Below, piece after piece: positions 13,801-27,000 of a stretch of 64,000 nt of DNA (position 1 is its first letter; each line of letters opens with the position of its first letter). The notes below the pieces were generated by a model. It ran no database searches, was not told the DNA's origin, and saw nothing but the letters and a program-made list of their open reading frames with translations. The stretch lies in assembly GCF_964355755.1 (NCBI RefSeq), contig NC_092672.1, positions 35,346,437 through 35,410,436 on the forward strand, written 5' to 3'. Source of the stretch: Antedon mediterranea (lineage: Eukaryota > Animalia > Echinodermata). The position numbers and the translations under genes are program-made.

Positions 13801-14655
13801 TTGTCACCAGTTGTTCTAAGCCGCCATTATTAGGATTTATCCACCTCCAGCCACCGTTCTCTATTAGATGTGTGGAAGTTAGTGATGACCAGGTAAATAA
13901 GAATTTACATTTAGATGTTTTTAGTTCCTAATGTCACTCTTTCCATGTTTTTGTTTGTATTTCTACTAAGAACCAATGCCATTGTACCTGTATATGGATG
14001 CCTATACTTATATGGATGGCTATACTTATATGGATGGCTATACTTATATGGATGGCTATACTTATATGGATGATTTAATAATCAAATTTAAATCTGCTAT
14101 TCCTGTTCTACACTCCCTATCTTAATATTGTACAACATGTATTGTCAGTGATACATTTATTTATCAACACAAGGCTGCCTAAAATTAAGGTTTTCATCAA
14201 CTTGATTTTTAATTTAATTAAGTTAATATACAGTACTGTTGTGCACAGATGCCTTTTTTACTCGAGCCCCATTGAATTTTGTTATGGCAAGCTCTCATTT
14301 TGAAGTTTAGCAATGCTGAAGAAAATGGTTTCTCTGCATCATCTTCTTTTTTTGTTATCTTAGGATTTTTCTTTTTTTTGTATGTAAAGTGCTTAGAAAC
14401 ATTCTATTAGGTGTTATAAAGACAATTTCATTATTATTTATGTTTGACTTCTGTTTACCACAGGATACGGGCGACACTTTAGGTAGTGTGGTACGTGGAT
14501 TCCTCGGTATTCACCGTCGAGATCCTGTAGGGCGTCTTCCTACATCGTCCACGTGCTTCAACCTTCTTAAACTACCAAACTACTCAAAGAAAAGTACTCT
14601 GAAAGACAAGTTGCGGTATGCCATCACTAGCGGAACTGGCTTTGAATTATCATGA
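1809..14655 (+). CDS. UBE3B: HECT E3 ubiquitin ligase UBE3B (N-terminal IQ motif, C-terminal HECT), 25 exons
   Basis: Exons 1809-1919, 2321-2441, 2588-2652, 2787-2870, 3400-3504, 3821-3920, 4278-4446, 4557-4662, 5276-5461, 6271-6383, 6599-6750, 6859-7014, 7621-7789, 8297-8415, 8886-8997, 9330-9429, 9856-9975, 10424-10600, 11227-11334, 11526-11663, 11759-11883, 12287-12469, 12779-12890, 13800-13892, 14464-14655. Motifs AAVLIQ|[69 protein letters not shown]...GFELS*. AATAAA at about 15326. Confidence 0.96.
4011..4170. mobile_element. MITE family A
   Basis: GTCTACACTATCAAA...ATAGTGTAAGAC. Confidence 0.8.
5520..6176. mobile_element. MITE family A split by a nested element
   Basis: Left half 5520-5586, right half 6072-6176. 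Confidence 0.85.
5587..6071. mobile_element. Nested non-autonomous DNA element with GGGACGATTCGGCCC subterminal inverted repeats
   Basis: GGACGATTCAGCCCTGGGACGATTCGGC at left is inverted as GCCGAATCGTCTCAGGGCCAAATCGTCC at right. Confidence 0.8.
6401..6521. mobile_element. MITE family A
   Basis: Both TIRs present. Confidence 0.88.
7050..7310 (+). mobile_element. L2/CR1-group LINE 3' fragment
   Basis: PRTNL...[12 protein letters not shown]...[12 protein letters not shown] followed by GCGCTTTATAA and a (TAT)n tail. Confidence 0.7.
7370..7450 (-). mobile_element. Degenerate tRNA-derived SINE head
   Basis: Minus strand shows an A-box-like TGGTCTAGTG...G and a B-box-like GGTTCGAA; no intact cloverleaf or acceptor stem. 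Confidence 0.45.
8443..8610 (+). mobile_element. 5'-truncated copy of the 20227 SINE
   Basis: CAGGTGTATAAATGGGTACCC...GCATTATGGGAGTATGTTTCCATACGTGTTT shared with 20351-20440. Confidence 0.85.
8692..8854. mobile_element. Harbinger-like MITE family B
   Basis: AAGCTTGGTTTCCAC...GTGGAAACCAAGCTT with AACGC repeats; related copy at 21162-21328. Confidence 0.85.
9082..9230. mobile_element. MITE family A
   Basis: CTACACTATCAAAC...TAGTGTAGACAGAGC. Confidence 0.85.
9597..9745. repeat. 48-bp tandem repeat x3
   Basis: GTATCTCCATTGAGATCCA at 9601, 9649 and 9697. Confidence 0.92.
11040..11201. mobile_element. MITE family A
   Basis: Both TIRs present. Confidence 0.9.
12600..12698. mobile_element. MITE family A, partial
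   Basis: Internal repeats and right TIR. Confidence 0.85.
13132..13750. mobile_element. Kolobok-like non-autonomous DNA transposon
   Basis: TTAA on both sides; imperfect TIR AGACCCCTTCCCTGC / AGCCCCATTCCCTAC. Confidence 0.75.
13991..14072. repeat. 18-bp tandem repeat x4.5
   Basis: ATATGGATGGCTATACTT units. Confidence 0.9.
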
Positions 14656-15399
14656 GGCAGAGAAAGAGATCTTTATTATTGTGTCAATATAAATTTTTAT
14701 CATTTATATATATATGACTATGTTGGACAATGAATGTAATATGTAGACCATATTAGCAAAATTGGGAGAATTTGACAAGGATTTTTTTACAAGGGAATTC
14801 ATTTAGTGCACGCACTGCTAGTAAACGAGAGAGATACATGATGAATATAAATTGTTCGTTTGTGTCCCACAATATGTCATGGAATTTGTTTGGACTTTGT
14901 TATTTGTAGCTCGTGCTTTAGACAGGTAACATGTACTGTTCAATAGTCACACTAACGCATGATTACTTTCTATTCTGCATTATATTTAGTATTGTATTAA
15001 TATAAAACCATGAATATTATAAAAGATTATGGAAATATTTCAGTTACAAAGGACTAAGTGGTATGATGTATAGGTTGGGAGAAGAGCTTGAAATGAGTGC
15101 GTGAAATAAATTGAGAATCTTTATTACTAATAGCTATATTTGTTTTACTATCTATACTTATTTTATTATAATAAATATTGAATGGAAATGTAATATAGTT
15201 TTTATAAGGCTTGATATACATAATAGATCTAAATTGATAGAGAAATTTGTATATAATATGGTGCAATTGTGTATGTTAATATACAGAGAAAAGGGATGCC
15301 TATAATATGGTACTTTCTGCATGAGAATAAATAAAAAATTTCTAACAATTACGTGTCTGTCTTTATTTTATAATCCTTTTGTGAGTAAAGTTTATTTTA

Positions 15400-15627
15400 C
15401 ATGCAACTTGAGGGCGCCATTCCTCTGCGTATTTTTCGTAAAGTAAAGTTCGGTGACCTTTCATACACGTGTGGAGACCTCGTCGAGAAGTGAGTTTGCG
15501 TAATTCATTACACAGCAGAGATCATTCCACACCACACGTCGTCAGGCTATCAAGGACCAAGGCAAGGGTTCCCATTAAACTTGAATGTGGTTTTCAACTT
15601 GAAACACGTGTTGAAAAATTAGTAAGT
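15400..15627 (+). promoter_or_regulatory. Putative CLUH promoter and non-coding first exon
   Basis: CpG-containing patch just after the UBE3B poly(A) signal; CACGTG at 15466 and 15605; donor GTAAGT at 15622. The first coding exon of CLUH has an acceptor (23990) upstream of its ATG, so an upstream exon is needed. Confidence 0.55.
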
Positions 15628-16266
15628 AATGTTTATGTAGATTAAATAGATATATAGCTTGTTCAGTTTAGCGGTAAGATATTAGCATTATTACTGATTT
15701 GTTTGGATTAGCAAGTTTTCTGCAGACAGATAGCCGCCGATGTCCGTGAAGTATGATGATGCAATTGGATAGCTAGGCCTAGGAGGATGATGATGATAAA
15801 GGTCAGTTTGGTGTGCATATTGTAGGCGATGATCTGAGCCGGTCTCTGGGCCTAGCTATAAGCCAAGTATTTGTAAATGTATTACACAATGATACAATAT
15901 CGCATTAGGCCTAGCATAATGATGAACACATTTTCTGCAAGTTATCATTTGACATTTTATTTGCTTTTTTTTAATTGCATATTTTAGACCAGTGTCGAAC
16001 CAAATCATATGATTTAGTAAACTTTATAGCCTTAACAGTTTACACAGTAGACTAAGTCTTGTCTTATTTTTAATTCAAATTGCAAGTTTTATATTATATT
16101 TTAAATAAGTTTAATTAAATTTGCAAAAAATGCAAGTTATTTCTTCTGTAATTTCAATGACAATTGACTATTGCATCAGCTATTTAATGTATATCCTTGA
16201 ACCTTTTTGATAACTTTATACTTTTTTAACAATAGGGTAGTGCAAGTAGGTCACTAATTTTGCCCA

Positions 16267-16393
16267 GATCCTTAACAATGTACTGATCCTTACCATGTAC
16301 CGATCCTTACCATGTACCGGTCCTTACCATGTACCGGTCCTTACCGTATAGCGATCCTTACCGTGCACCGATCCTTACCGTTTACCGATCCTT
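16267..16393. repeat. 17-bp tandem repeat x7
   Basis: GATCCTTACCATGTACC units. Confidence 0.88.
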
Positions 16394-16819
16394 TCAATCA
16401 TCAATCAAGAAATGATTTATAGATTAATTTATTATTTGTAAAAAAAAAACCTGTTGAAATAGACCTACATAAATCTTATCACATGGGTCACAACGTTATA
16501 AGTTGTCTCGCAAAATGCAAACACTGATTGGTATTCTGTATACAAGCTATTTCACAACCTAAGGACACATACTCAATAAGTTGTTTATTAAACATGCTTC
16601 AAGTCACATGTCATGTTTTCAATCAAGTATTGAATTTTAAAACCGTGGTATTTCAATTTACTTATTTTTATTCTTTAATGTACTGGGTAACCTCTAATGT
16701 ACAAAATTCACAAGACAAAACTGATAAACATTAACATAAACCTGGCCTCCCTATTGCTATGTTACTAATGACACATTCTTCATTATATAATGTTTGTTGT
16801 TTATCTATGTGATTTTCTG

Positions 16820-19170
16820 TATAAAGTATACTAGACCATGGAGCTATGGAGCTATAAATTTAGCTAATTTTATAGCTCCATGACTAGACTGTTCTCGTTT
16901 GCTCAACATGGCAATTCTGAACATAAATTTAAATACAGGTCAGTGCCCCATATAGAGTTGATGTTATATAACATCTCAACAATGGTATCCCGAAATAAAT
17001 GGGGTTTTATTTTAAGTTAAATTTAACCATTTATTTTGTCATTTTATAAATGAAAACATTTTTTTTTCTACAAAAATTGATTAACTATTTATTAAAACTA
17101 CAAAATAACCTATTCGAAGTCTGATTTAATTAATGTTAATTTTTCATGTTTTTGGGGGACGACAACAATACATCTTTAATAATCAATCTCAGTTGACCCC
17201 TTAAGTTGTCAGAATTTTCTATTTAAATATAACGGTCTGATAATTTCAACCTGAATAATTTCTATTTAATGTGTATAAAATATATAAGGGATTTATACTA
17301 TGGTCAACATGGCTACATATCTTCTAATGTTTCAATAGATATCTTTAGTTTGAATTTATAAGTTGATCCCTTAAATTCTCTTTATTTTTATCATGGGTTA
17401 CCTCATGCATAACTAATTCTGATCACAATTATGTAACTTTTGCGCAGTTGGCCCAATCTGTTGCAAAGGCAACTATCAAACATGTGAATCTAGTATTAAA
17501 TTAAAAAAAATAAACACCTTTGCCAGAATAAATATCTATTTTGCTGCAGGAAAAATAACCGGTTATTAAAACCATGTGAATAAATTAACCCCAATTTTTT
17601 GGAAGCAGAAACCGGACAAATTTTCAATAACTTGTTAAATGGCAGTCTGAAAGTAACGGTTAAAAACGTCCAATCGATTCGGTGTTAGAACGCCATTTAA
17701 CCGGTTATTGCAACTTTTAGAGATGCAATGCAAAATAACACTGACCTCGAGTTAACTACACTGCAGTAATGTTTGAATATTGACCGCCAGTGCCCATTGC
17801 ATTTTGGGTACTGTTAGTGTTAACGATTTCCGTCGACGACCACCCATGGATTTCAACAGTTATTTTGAGCAAAAATTGAGCTGAAATGTTGTCGATAAAA
17901 ATTATTATTTTAAATCTATTTTGAAATAAACAGTTTATGGGATTCTGGATTCTCTCAGAGGGTCCACTATACAACTTACAAGACAAAATATATATATATA
18001 GAAAGAAATCGCCACAAACCTCACCTCCCTGTTGTACAGTATATTACGTATGTTAATCTTCATTAATATATTAGATTTATTGTTTAATTTTTTTTTATAA
18101 TTTGTTGTAATAAAGTATACTAGACTGTGTTCTGTTTACAGCAATTCTGAACATAAATTTAAATACAGGTCAGTCCCCCATATAGAGTTGATGTTATATA
18201 ACATCTCAACAATGGTATCCCGAAATAAAGCAAATGAATGGTTCTGTTGTTATCAAGGTCAAAGCTATTTCTGTTTAGAATTATAGAACTACAGTATTGT
18301 GTTGAAGTAGTAAAAGTTAGGTTGGTTTTTAGATAATTGAACCACCTATTATAGTTAGTTTATTATATCACACAGTGCACCATAAATGCTAATTCATGCT
18401 TAATAATCAATCTCAGTTGACCCCTTAAGTTGTCAGAATTTTCTATCTAAATATAATTTCTATTTAATGTGTATGAAATAACTTTTCTGTCAGGGATTTA
18501 TACTATGGTCAACATGGCTACATTATCTTCTAATGTTTCAATATATATCTTTAGTTCGAATTTATAAGTTGATCCCTTCAATCAGGCATGGACCTACGTC
18601 AATTGAATAATTGCTCTTTCTATTTATCATGGGTTACCTCATGCATAACTAATTCTGATCACAATTATGTAACTTTTGCGCAGTTGGCCCAATTGGTTGC
18701 AATGTCAAATATGTGACTTGAGTATTAAATTTTAAAAATTAACACTTTTGCCAGAACAAATATCGTTTATGCTGCAAAAAATAAGCGTGTGAATAAATTA
18801 ACCCCAATTTTTTAGAAGCAGAAACAGGACAAATTTTCAATAACTGGTTAAATGGTAGTTGCCTGAAATTGATGGTTAAAAAAACTTAAAATCGACTCGT
18901 TGTTAGAACGCCTTGTAACTGGTTATTGCTTTGCAACTTTTAGATGCAATGCAAAATAATGGTTGTTTGATTGACAGCAGCTGACCTCAAGTCAAATACT
19001 CTACAGTAACGTTTGAATTGACCGCCAGTGCCCATTGCATTTTGGGTACTGTTAATGTTCTTCGTCGACGACCACCCACTGATTTAAACGGTTATTTTAG
19101 GAGCAGAAATGCAGTCGATATAACAATTTTATTTTAAATCTATTTTGATTGTGAAACAGTTTATTTGGCA
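16820..19170. repeat. Diverged local duplication (about 16820-17940 vs 18110-19170)
   Basis: Long colinear matches, e.g. GCAATTCTGAACATAAATTTAAATACAGGTCAGT and GGGTTACCTCATGCATAACTAATTCTGATCAC; part recurs at about 37730-38000. Confidence 0.9.
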
Positions 19171-20226
19171 GTAGAAACAGACCCTAAAATTTAAAATTAA
19201 ATGAAGTTATAAATTGATTTTTTTGATTGGTCTAAAATTAAAAATTAAATGAAATTATAAATTGATTTTATTGATTGTGTTATTTGATGACTGCTCTTTA
19301 TGCTGTCTTCGGAGTCATTGATTGACGTGTATTGATGCCAGGAATAGTTATCTATTTTAGGCCTACTGTTCCTTGGGAACCCAACCAAGTCCCCTACTAA
19401 TTCTCTGTGTACATCATTACAAAATATCGTCATTTGTAATTACTCGGTAGGAGAAAAAAAACATCTTAAATTGATTTAATTTTTAAAATAATATAATCAT
19501 TTTAACACTTTCTCATTTTGTCGATTAATACAGTACTGTTGTCTGTACATATATTTGTTGGAAATTAGTAATAAGAATAAATATTCGTAAAAATTGTTTT
19601 ATGAATTATTTAAATATTTCTTGAATTTTTGGTATAATCATGGAGTCTAATACTCCATGGTATAATTTATAATCCTATAAATTTAATTATCATTATGCGC
19701 TTTGTGACTAATTATTTACTAATACATTTTAATTAAGCTGGTATACTGTGGTACTGTAGGTGTAATACTTTAATAGATTTTAAAGTACTAATTATAGACA
19801 GATGGTATTTCCTGACGACTTACGAGGTATTTCAATTATCCAAGAGGGCAGGCTAAGAAATGTCCCCTTACCGGTCTCTGTAAAATGACGCAAGTGTGAA
19901 TGCTGGCTGAGATGTCAAGATTATGACATCAATGACATTAAGTGTGACATCATATTGGAAGTAGTCCTGCTGACGTTTAGAGCATACCTAATTTATTCTC
20001 GTAACGTTATCCAGCTTGATTTCAATTTGATTAGGCCAAAGTACTTTGAAATACAGTAACAAGCTAAATATGGCATCAATAACAATAAGTTATTTTACCA
20101 TATTTTAATCATTTAATCCATATTTTTGATAAATATCGTCCTAAAAATCAGAAAATTTCATTAAACTCGTTATAAACAATTCTACAAACTAAATGAAAAC
20201 ATTGACAATAGAATTATTACAAATAA

Positions 20227-20538
20227 GGGCGTGTGGCGCAGTGTGTTGGACGTTGGACTACCGATCGTCAGACCTAGGTTCGAATCCAACTCTCGCCGCA
20301 TTGCTTGTATCCGTAGGCAAGATACTTTACTTACGTTGCCTCTCTCCACCCAGGTGTATAAATGGGTACCCAGTTAGATCTACACACAACTTTGCGCTGG
20401 TTACCGACTGCATTATGGGAGTATGTTTCCATACGTGTTTGATCCCCAAAAATACTGGGGTAATAATGCTTGTAAAGCGCCTTTGAGCATGATTACTCAT
20501 GAAAAGGGCGCTATATAAATGTGGTATTATTATTATTA
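20227..20538 (+). mobile_element. Full-length tRNA-derived SINE with CORE-like centre and L2-like tail
   Basis: A box TGGCGCAGTGTG, B box GGTTCGAATCC, centre GGCAAGATACTT...CCACCCAGGTGTATAAATGGGTACC, tail GTAAAGCGCC...GCGCTATATAAAT(TAT)n. Confidence 0.88.
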
Positions 20539-21161
20539 AATAAACATTTAGTAGATGGGCATTAGGTCAAGTTTGTGAGGTAGGGACTACACTAACACCA
20601 GAGCACAAACAAATTATTTTCTTGTGGAAAATTAGTGTAAGTACAAACAATTGATTTAATTTCTCATGATGTAGGACTGATTTTCTAGTTGCCATGCTAT
20701 GACTAAATTGACTGTGATTGATTAGGTTTCAAAAACTAATAAAAAGCTGTGACCACATGAATTGGATCAATCAAGGCGTCAAAGAAGTAATTATTTGTGA
20801 TTACAGTGTGTAGTCTCGGTTTCAGAATCTAGTACTACAAAAACAATGAAATACTTACCAACAAAAAGAGGCTGCCACATGGAATTAATTTATGAAAGGA
20901 ATAATTACACATTAAGGCATTATTTAATTATTTATGTATGTGTATGCATTATGACTATACTAGTAAAAAATGAAATGAATAGATGGTGATCAATAATATG
21001 TAAGTAGAGGTCTTAAATGAGGCGTCGTAATGTGTCCAATTTTCACCTCTCCACACGCTAAGCACATAAAGCTAATAGTATTGAGTTTATGAAATGGTTG
21101 CCATTTAGGATACCATCGTGGATTTGAAGGTAATTGCTGTAAATTTGTATTATACCCAGCT

Positions 21162-21328
21162 AAGCTTGGTTCCCACTAGAACGTAACGCAAGGACATAAA
21201 CGCAACGTAAGCGTTTTAACCAATGACAAGCGAAGTTAGAGACAGTTAGCAATCACAAGCGAATAAGCCATCCATCGTTTGCGTTGCGTTACGTCCTTGT
21301 GCTGCGTCGCTAGTGGGAACCACGCTTA
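21162..21328. mobile_element. Harbinger-like MITE family B
   Basis: AAGCTTGGTTCCCACTAG...CTAGTGGGAACCACGCTT. Confidence 0.85.
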
Positions 21329-21729
21329 AGTGTGTAGGCTAATCAAAAAAAAACTTTGTGCATTTTAGTGTGTAGTGGTGACAATGGATGCTCTCTAAAC
21401 AACCTCTTGGACCTTTGCTTATAAATGATAATTATGTATACCTGCTATTAATAGAAACTAAAATCTTTAATCAACAATGTATACATTGAGAAAAGGGATT
21501 ATTACTAAACCAAAGTAAAATCTAAAGTCAAGTGTGCTTCATTTGTGACAATTGTGAATAGCAAAGGTTTGTAGGTTCACTTTACTTTTACTAAACCAGA
21601 GAAAGGGTAAAATTCAAAATCACTGACCCTAATAAGAGCTTCTAGATTTAAGATTCTATAAATTGAAAGTATCTGAAATAGCCGACCCCTTATCCATAAT
21701 CAACAATTTGCATAGGTGAGGATGCTTAA

Positions 21730-22033
21730 AGATGTATTGTCATGAAAAATGAAGATTAATAAAATCAGACTTTAAATAGACCATTTTGCAGTTTTAATAA
21801 AGTTATTCACTTAGGTAAAAAAAAAAACCCCAAAAAATCACTTATAAAAAGTTAACCAAAAACCATTGTCTGACAGACAATTTAAGTATTTTTTACTTTA
21901 GATTACATTTTTTCAGGTAAATAATTTTGTTTTCGATCTAGTTTTTGATCAAAGTGAAAAACTATTATGTTACATTTAAATGGCATATTCAACAAAAAAT
22001 GTGGAGAAAAAAAATTTAAGGTGGACAATATCT
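21730..22033. mobile_element. Kolobok-like family 2 copy
   Basis: TTAA|AGATGTATTGTC...GACAATATCT|TTAA. Confidence 0.7.
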
Positions 22034-24024
22034 TTAAATTGTGAAAATTACAGTGCAAAGGATAGAACATTAATGTCTCATTGTAGGCCCTTAGCTCCCC
22101 CTGGATTCAACATTGATTTAGTTATAATAGTACATGCCATTTTGTAATAAATGATCAATTAACTTATAATACAATACTGGAGTGTGAGAAAGAATTAAAC
22201 ACAGCACAGTACAAAACATGGTATGGAAGACTTTGAATGCAAATATTTGTAGAAAGCTAGGAAGTCTGTATATTAACTTAGCTAAACTTATCTTGATCAG
22301 CAAAGAATGATGGCCACAGTGTATATAGTGCTTAAGATTTACTGGTAGCAAAGTTTAAGTAGTAATAATACTAGTATTACCGTAGCAGAGTACTATCATA
22401 CAGTAGTAGGCCTAGTAGTAATGTACTACTATACTATATAGATGTTTAATAAAATACCCAGTCCTTTATCAAGCCATACATGATTATTCTCTATTTCTGG
22501 CTAAACCCTATAGTTTTGTACTGTAGCTGCTATATTTAACTGATAGGTTTATAGTCTATCAGAGATGTTTGTTGCTGGCATGGTGCATTCAAATTATAAC
22601 CAGCATAAAATGTGCAACATAATACAAAATAATTTGTCCTGAATAGCCTATTTGTACAGCCTCTGGTCTAATGTAATTAGTAGTTTCAAGTACAGTACTA
22701 TCATATTTCAAGTTATGTAGTGGTGGATCCAGGATTTTGAAAATGGGAGAGTGGGGGAAAAGTTCAGGACTCAGAGCCTAAAAACGATGAAATGAAGGGC
22801 TGAGCTTAATTTGATGTCCTATCTGTTGGATTACAATTTGCGAAATTTAAGTTGGTTGGGGAGGGGGAGGGGTTGGGGGTGTGTTGTGCCAGGCTGTTAT
22901 GAGTGTTTTGTAATAATTGAATGGGGATAATATTTTAATAAGTTGAAAGATATTTTTTTTTTTTAATCATTGAATAATTAATATTTTTATTTTAAACTCT
23001 CACTTGCTATAAGCTTGGTAGTGTTAACCTGTTTACTGACCAAACATGAGGTCCTACTGTACAGTATATTCTCATGGGTCAGTTTTTATTACACTAGTAC
23101 AAACACTACCTCTTGAGCATTGTTCTTCAGGATTTCTACAAGTACTTTTTATTTGATTCTCTTTGTTGTTTGCAAGGATTATTACTCTTTATGGATTTAT
23201 TTATTAAATTATTATTAAAATTATTCAAGGGCATAACCTACATATTTTAAATTTGCCGTATTTATTTCACAGGCTCTTAGTTTGTTACCTTTAATTTTAA
23301 TAATAAAAGTCAATTGGTTTAAAGATTGTTTGGTATTATTTTGTTCCTTTTCTGGGTACGGAAGATATTGTAAACAGGGCCCGTAGTGCAATTTTATTTC
23401 TTGGCCTTTAAACTAGAAAAAAAAAGACCTGGATTATATTAACAAAAGGTATAGGAAGGAAACTCACTTAAAGCTAATTAAGTGCGTGGTAAACATAAGG
23501 TGTAAGATTTAGTACAGTTAGTTGGTTTGAAGCTTCCATTCGTATCGGGTGCAAATTTGCAGGGTAATTACCGGTCATTCAAAACCATGTTGTGACATTT
23601 TAGTTTAGATAAACGAAAGAATTTTATAAAAATTCTATGCAAATCATACTACTTTACTTATGTTCATGCACATTTTTTAATTGTTATCCGGTTCCGTTCA
23701 GTTTTCGGGAAAGGCTAACTAGATTTGAGGATTTTTTAGTTTTCCTTGTACCAGCAGCATGGTCCGATTGCTTAAACATTTCGTAAACACAACCGGTATC
23801 TCAAAATAATAAATTTATGTATTTTAGTAAATTGTAGCCTATTAGCTTGAGACCTTTTAAAGAGTATTTTGAAGAGTTTTTTATTTCATCTTGTTTTCAG
23901 GTTTTTTTTTATCCATATGAACTAAATGGACAAATATATGTTTCATTTAGATAAAATAATAATGGAATATAACTTTTTTATTTTTTGCAGAAACTGTCGG
24001 AGTGAGAAATTTCACAGTGAAACA

Positions 24025-27000
24025 ATGGAAGTAGAACAAAGTCACATAAACAGTTTATTAAAGGACATGAAGGTGATCACGGACTCGCCTGATACGAAGG
24101 GACAGTGCCCCTTCAAAAGTGACATAGAAAATGTCATAAAAGCAAATGATCACCACGGCGAGGGTGATAGTAATAACTCGCTTCTGTTAAATGAGATGTC
24201 GGCTATGGTCAATGGCGGTCAGACATCGCCAGTGTCCAAAGACAAAGATGTTGAGGAGAATGGAAAAGATGATTCTGACACGTCTAATATGGAGGATGTG
24301 GTTGTCATTCCGGAATCTATGTTTACCATCAAGATTTCACCACCTGGTACGGATGCCTTTGACTTGCAGGTAAGAATATCAAACTTGCTTCTGCCTCAGG
24401 GTTTACATTGGGTTATATGTGAAGGTCGACTTAAAGATATATTGTCTCTCTGAAAAATATTTTTTTTTAATTATTGTTATTGAATATCCCATTTTAATGT
24501 CACATATAGTTAATCACTTTGACCAAAAACTGGATCGAAAAAAAATAAATTTCCCTGAAAAAAATTTAATATAAAGACAATAGTTTTTGGTTAAAATTAA
24601 CCGGTTTTTTTTTTTGCCTTTTTATACACGAAATAATTATTTTTTCTACTTTTCTACTTACTACTTTATTAAAACTGCAAAAAATTCAAAGTCTGATTTT
24701 ATCAATATTTTTCAGGTTTTTAGTGGGACAATACTTCTTTAAACTGAGAACATTTTATAATACTAATAGACATTATTGTACTCCCTCCATGAACAATAAC
24801 CATCCCCACAATTGTACAATATATAGGCCTGTGTTTGACTGTTACAACTTTTTGTTTTCTTTGTTGCTAAACAATCTTTTTTTGCATTAACCGGATAGAG
24901 GAGTAACAATAGGATGTAGTTAATTAGGAATTTCTGAAGGACTTTAGTTTATTAACATACCTCATCTGGGATGCCGGAAGGACGCCTTTGATTAGCCAAA
25001 TCACAGGTGTTTATTGTTCTTAAAATTATTAGTTTTTAAATGACAGGCAACAGTTTGATTATAGACTCTCTTGTAATTGTAATGTTAGACGTAGGAGTTT
25101 GTATCGGTTTGTTGGATTTGATCAAAATATAACCAGCCTCTTGTCTGGCTTTATTCTCACCCATCCTAAAGCTCTGTCAACACTATCAAATTAGATTGAC
25201 AAAAACAAGTGTGATGTGCCCAAATATGATAGTTATATGCCCAAATATGGTGGTGATATGACATCATCATGTCCATATATGGGCACAGCACATTTTTTTG
25301 TCGCATATTAAGTTTGATAGTGTAGACAAGGCTTAAGAAGGATTCTTAAATACATTGATTACCTTTGATTATTCTGTAAATAGTACACATTTCCTTTTTT
25401 AAATGATATAATCCGCATAGGACAATAAGTTAAGCATTGTACAATAACCAAGAACAAAATATTCTTTAGACACTATTAAAGTGTAATAGACTAATAATAT
25501 TACCGTTGTTTATCTTCTGATAAACAGTGATAGTATTGTAGTATGTACTCCAATTCTAAAACCACTGTTGTACCCTTTGCAAACAATGGTAGGGACCCTC
25601 TAATATAACCTTTTCAAACACACTGACCTGGGAGTTATACAATGATAGGGACCCTCAAAGGCCCTGTTCAGACCCATGGCGTTAGACCGTTTTAGCGTAC
25701 GACGCTAAAAGAATGTGTGTCTGAACAGTTGGGGATTAGTGTACAACGCGTCGTACAACGGTTGTAGCGTTGTAGTGGAAAACGGTTGATAGTACCGTTT
25801 TAGCGTACGACGCTACTGTAAGTCAACGTTGTATCCAATCAGAACGTTTCCTGTTATGACGCGAAACAAGGTTTGACCTAGGCTGACATCTTGTATCGTC
25901 AATGTTTGAGATGGATTTCAATAACAAAAAGGCCAGAATAAATAAGGCCTAACTACACTACAAATACAACTGTTACAAAGGCTACAAACTATTATCAACT
26001 GATTACCATTATATTTTCTAACAAATGACATAAATACATGCACCTTGTATTTAAACATAGAGACTACAATCCCATCCGCTTTTAGGCCTAGCTAGGCCTA
26101 GAGCCATTCACGCATTTCATTCAAGCTAAAAACTAGCGTGGGACATCAAGTCACTCATTCATCAAGGCAGACTAGACTGGACAAGTTTAATGCTGAAAAC
26201 CCCCTAACTCCTAAAAAAAATCAGTAAACAAACAAGGGGAGCTGTGTCCCTTTTATTAGCAAGTTAAGGGTTATTTTCAACCGACTGGACCAAAGAATAT
26301 ATATCTTGACTGGACTGGATAGACTAATCACAATCATTGTTTTCTTCATCATTACGAGGCCTGCTTTATTTTCGTAACACAAGAGCCTGGGGAAAATGTT
26401 TTTTACTACAAAATAAAAACAATAGAAACAGAAATTTGGCTTTACTATATTTTTCTTAAATAAATGCTGAGGTATGTTTTATTTACGGCAAATTTTGTCA
26501 TAATTGTAGGGCTGAGATCTAGGCCTATATACAGTGGAAATAATGATGAAAACACGTGGGTAAGAGCACATGAATATGCAACTAGAAACAACCTGGATGA
26601 CGTACTTCCGTTGTAACGATAATCGTACGCTATGGGTCTGAACACCTCGTTTTTTTCTCTGCGGTTTGTAACGTGACCTTAATAGTAACGTTGTACGCTA
26701 AAACGGACAGGGCCTAATATAACCTTTTCAAACACACTGACCTGGGAGTTATACAATGATAGGGACCCTCATATGACCTTTTCAAACACACTGACCTGGG
26801 AGTTATACAATGATAGGGACCCTCTAATAACCTTTTCAAACACACTGACCTGTGAGTTATACAACGATAGGGACCCTCATATGACCTTTTCAAACACACT
26901 GACCTGGGAGTTATACAATGATAGGGACCCTCTCATGTGACCTTTTCAAACACACCAACCTGGGAGTTATTTGTTCTTTTCAAACACACTGACCTGGGAG

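Noticed and set aside
22855-22882. G-rich run with G-quadruplex potential
   Set aside because: Lies in a degraded hAT-like MITE fragment (GTGGATCCAGGATTTT at about 22724); nothing suggests function.
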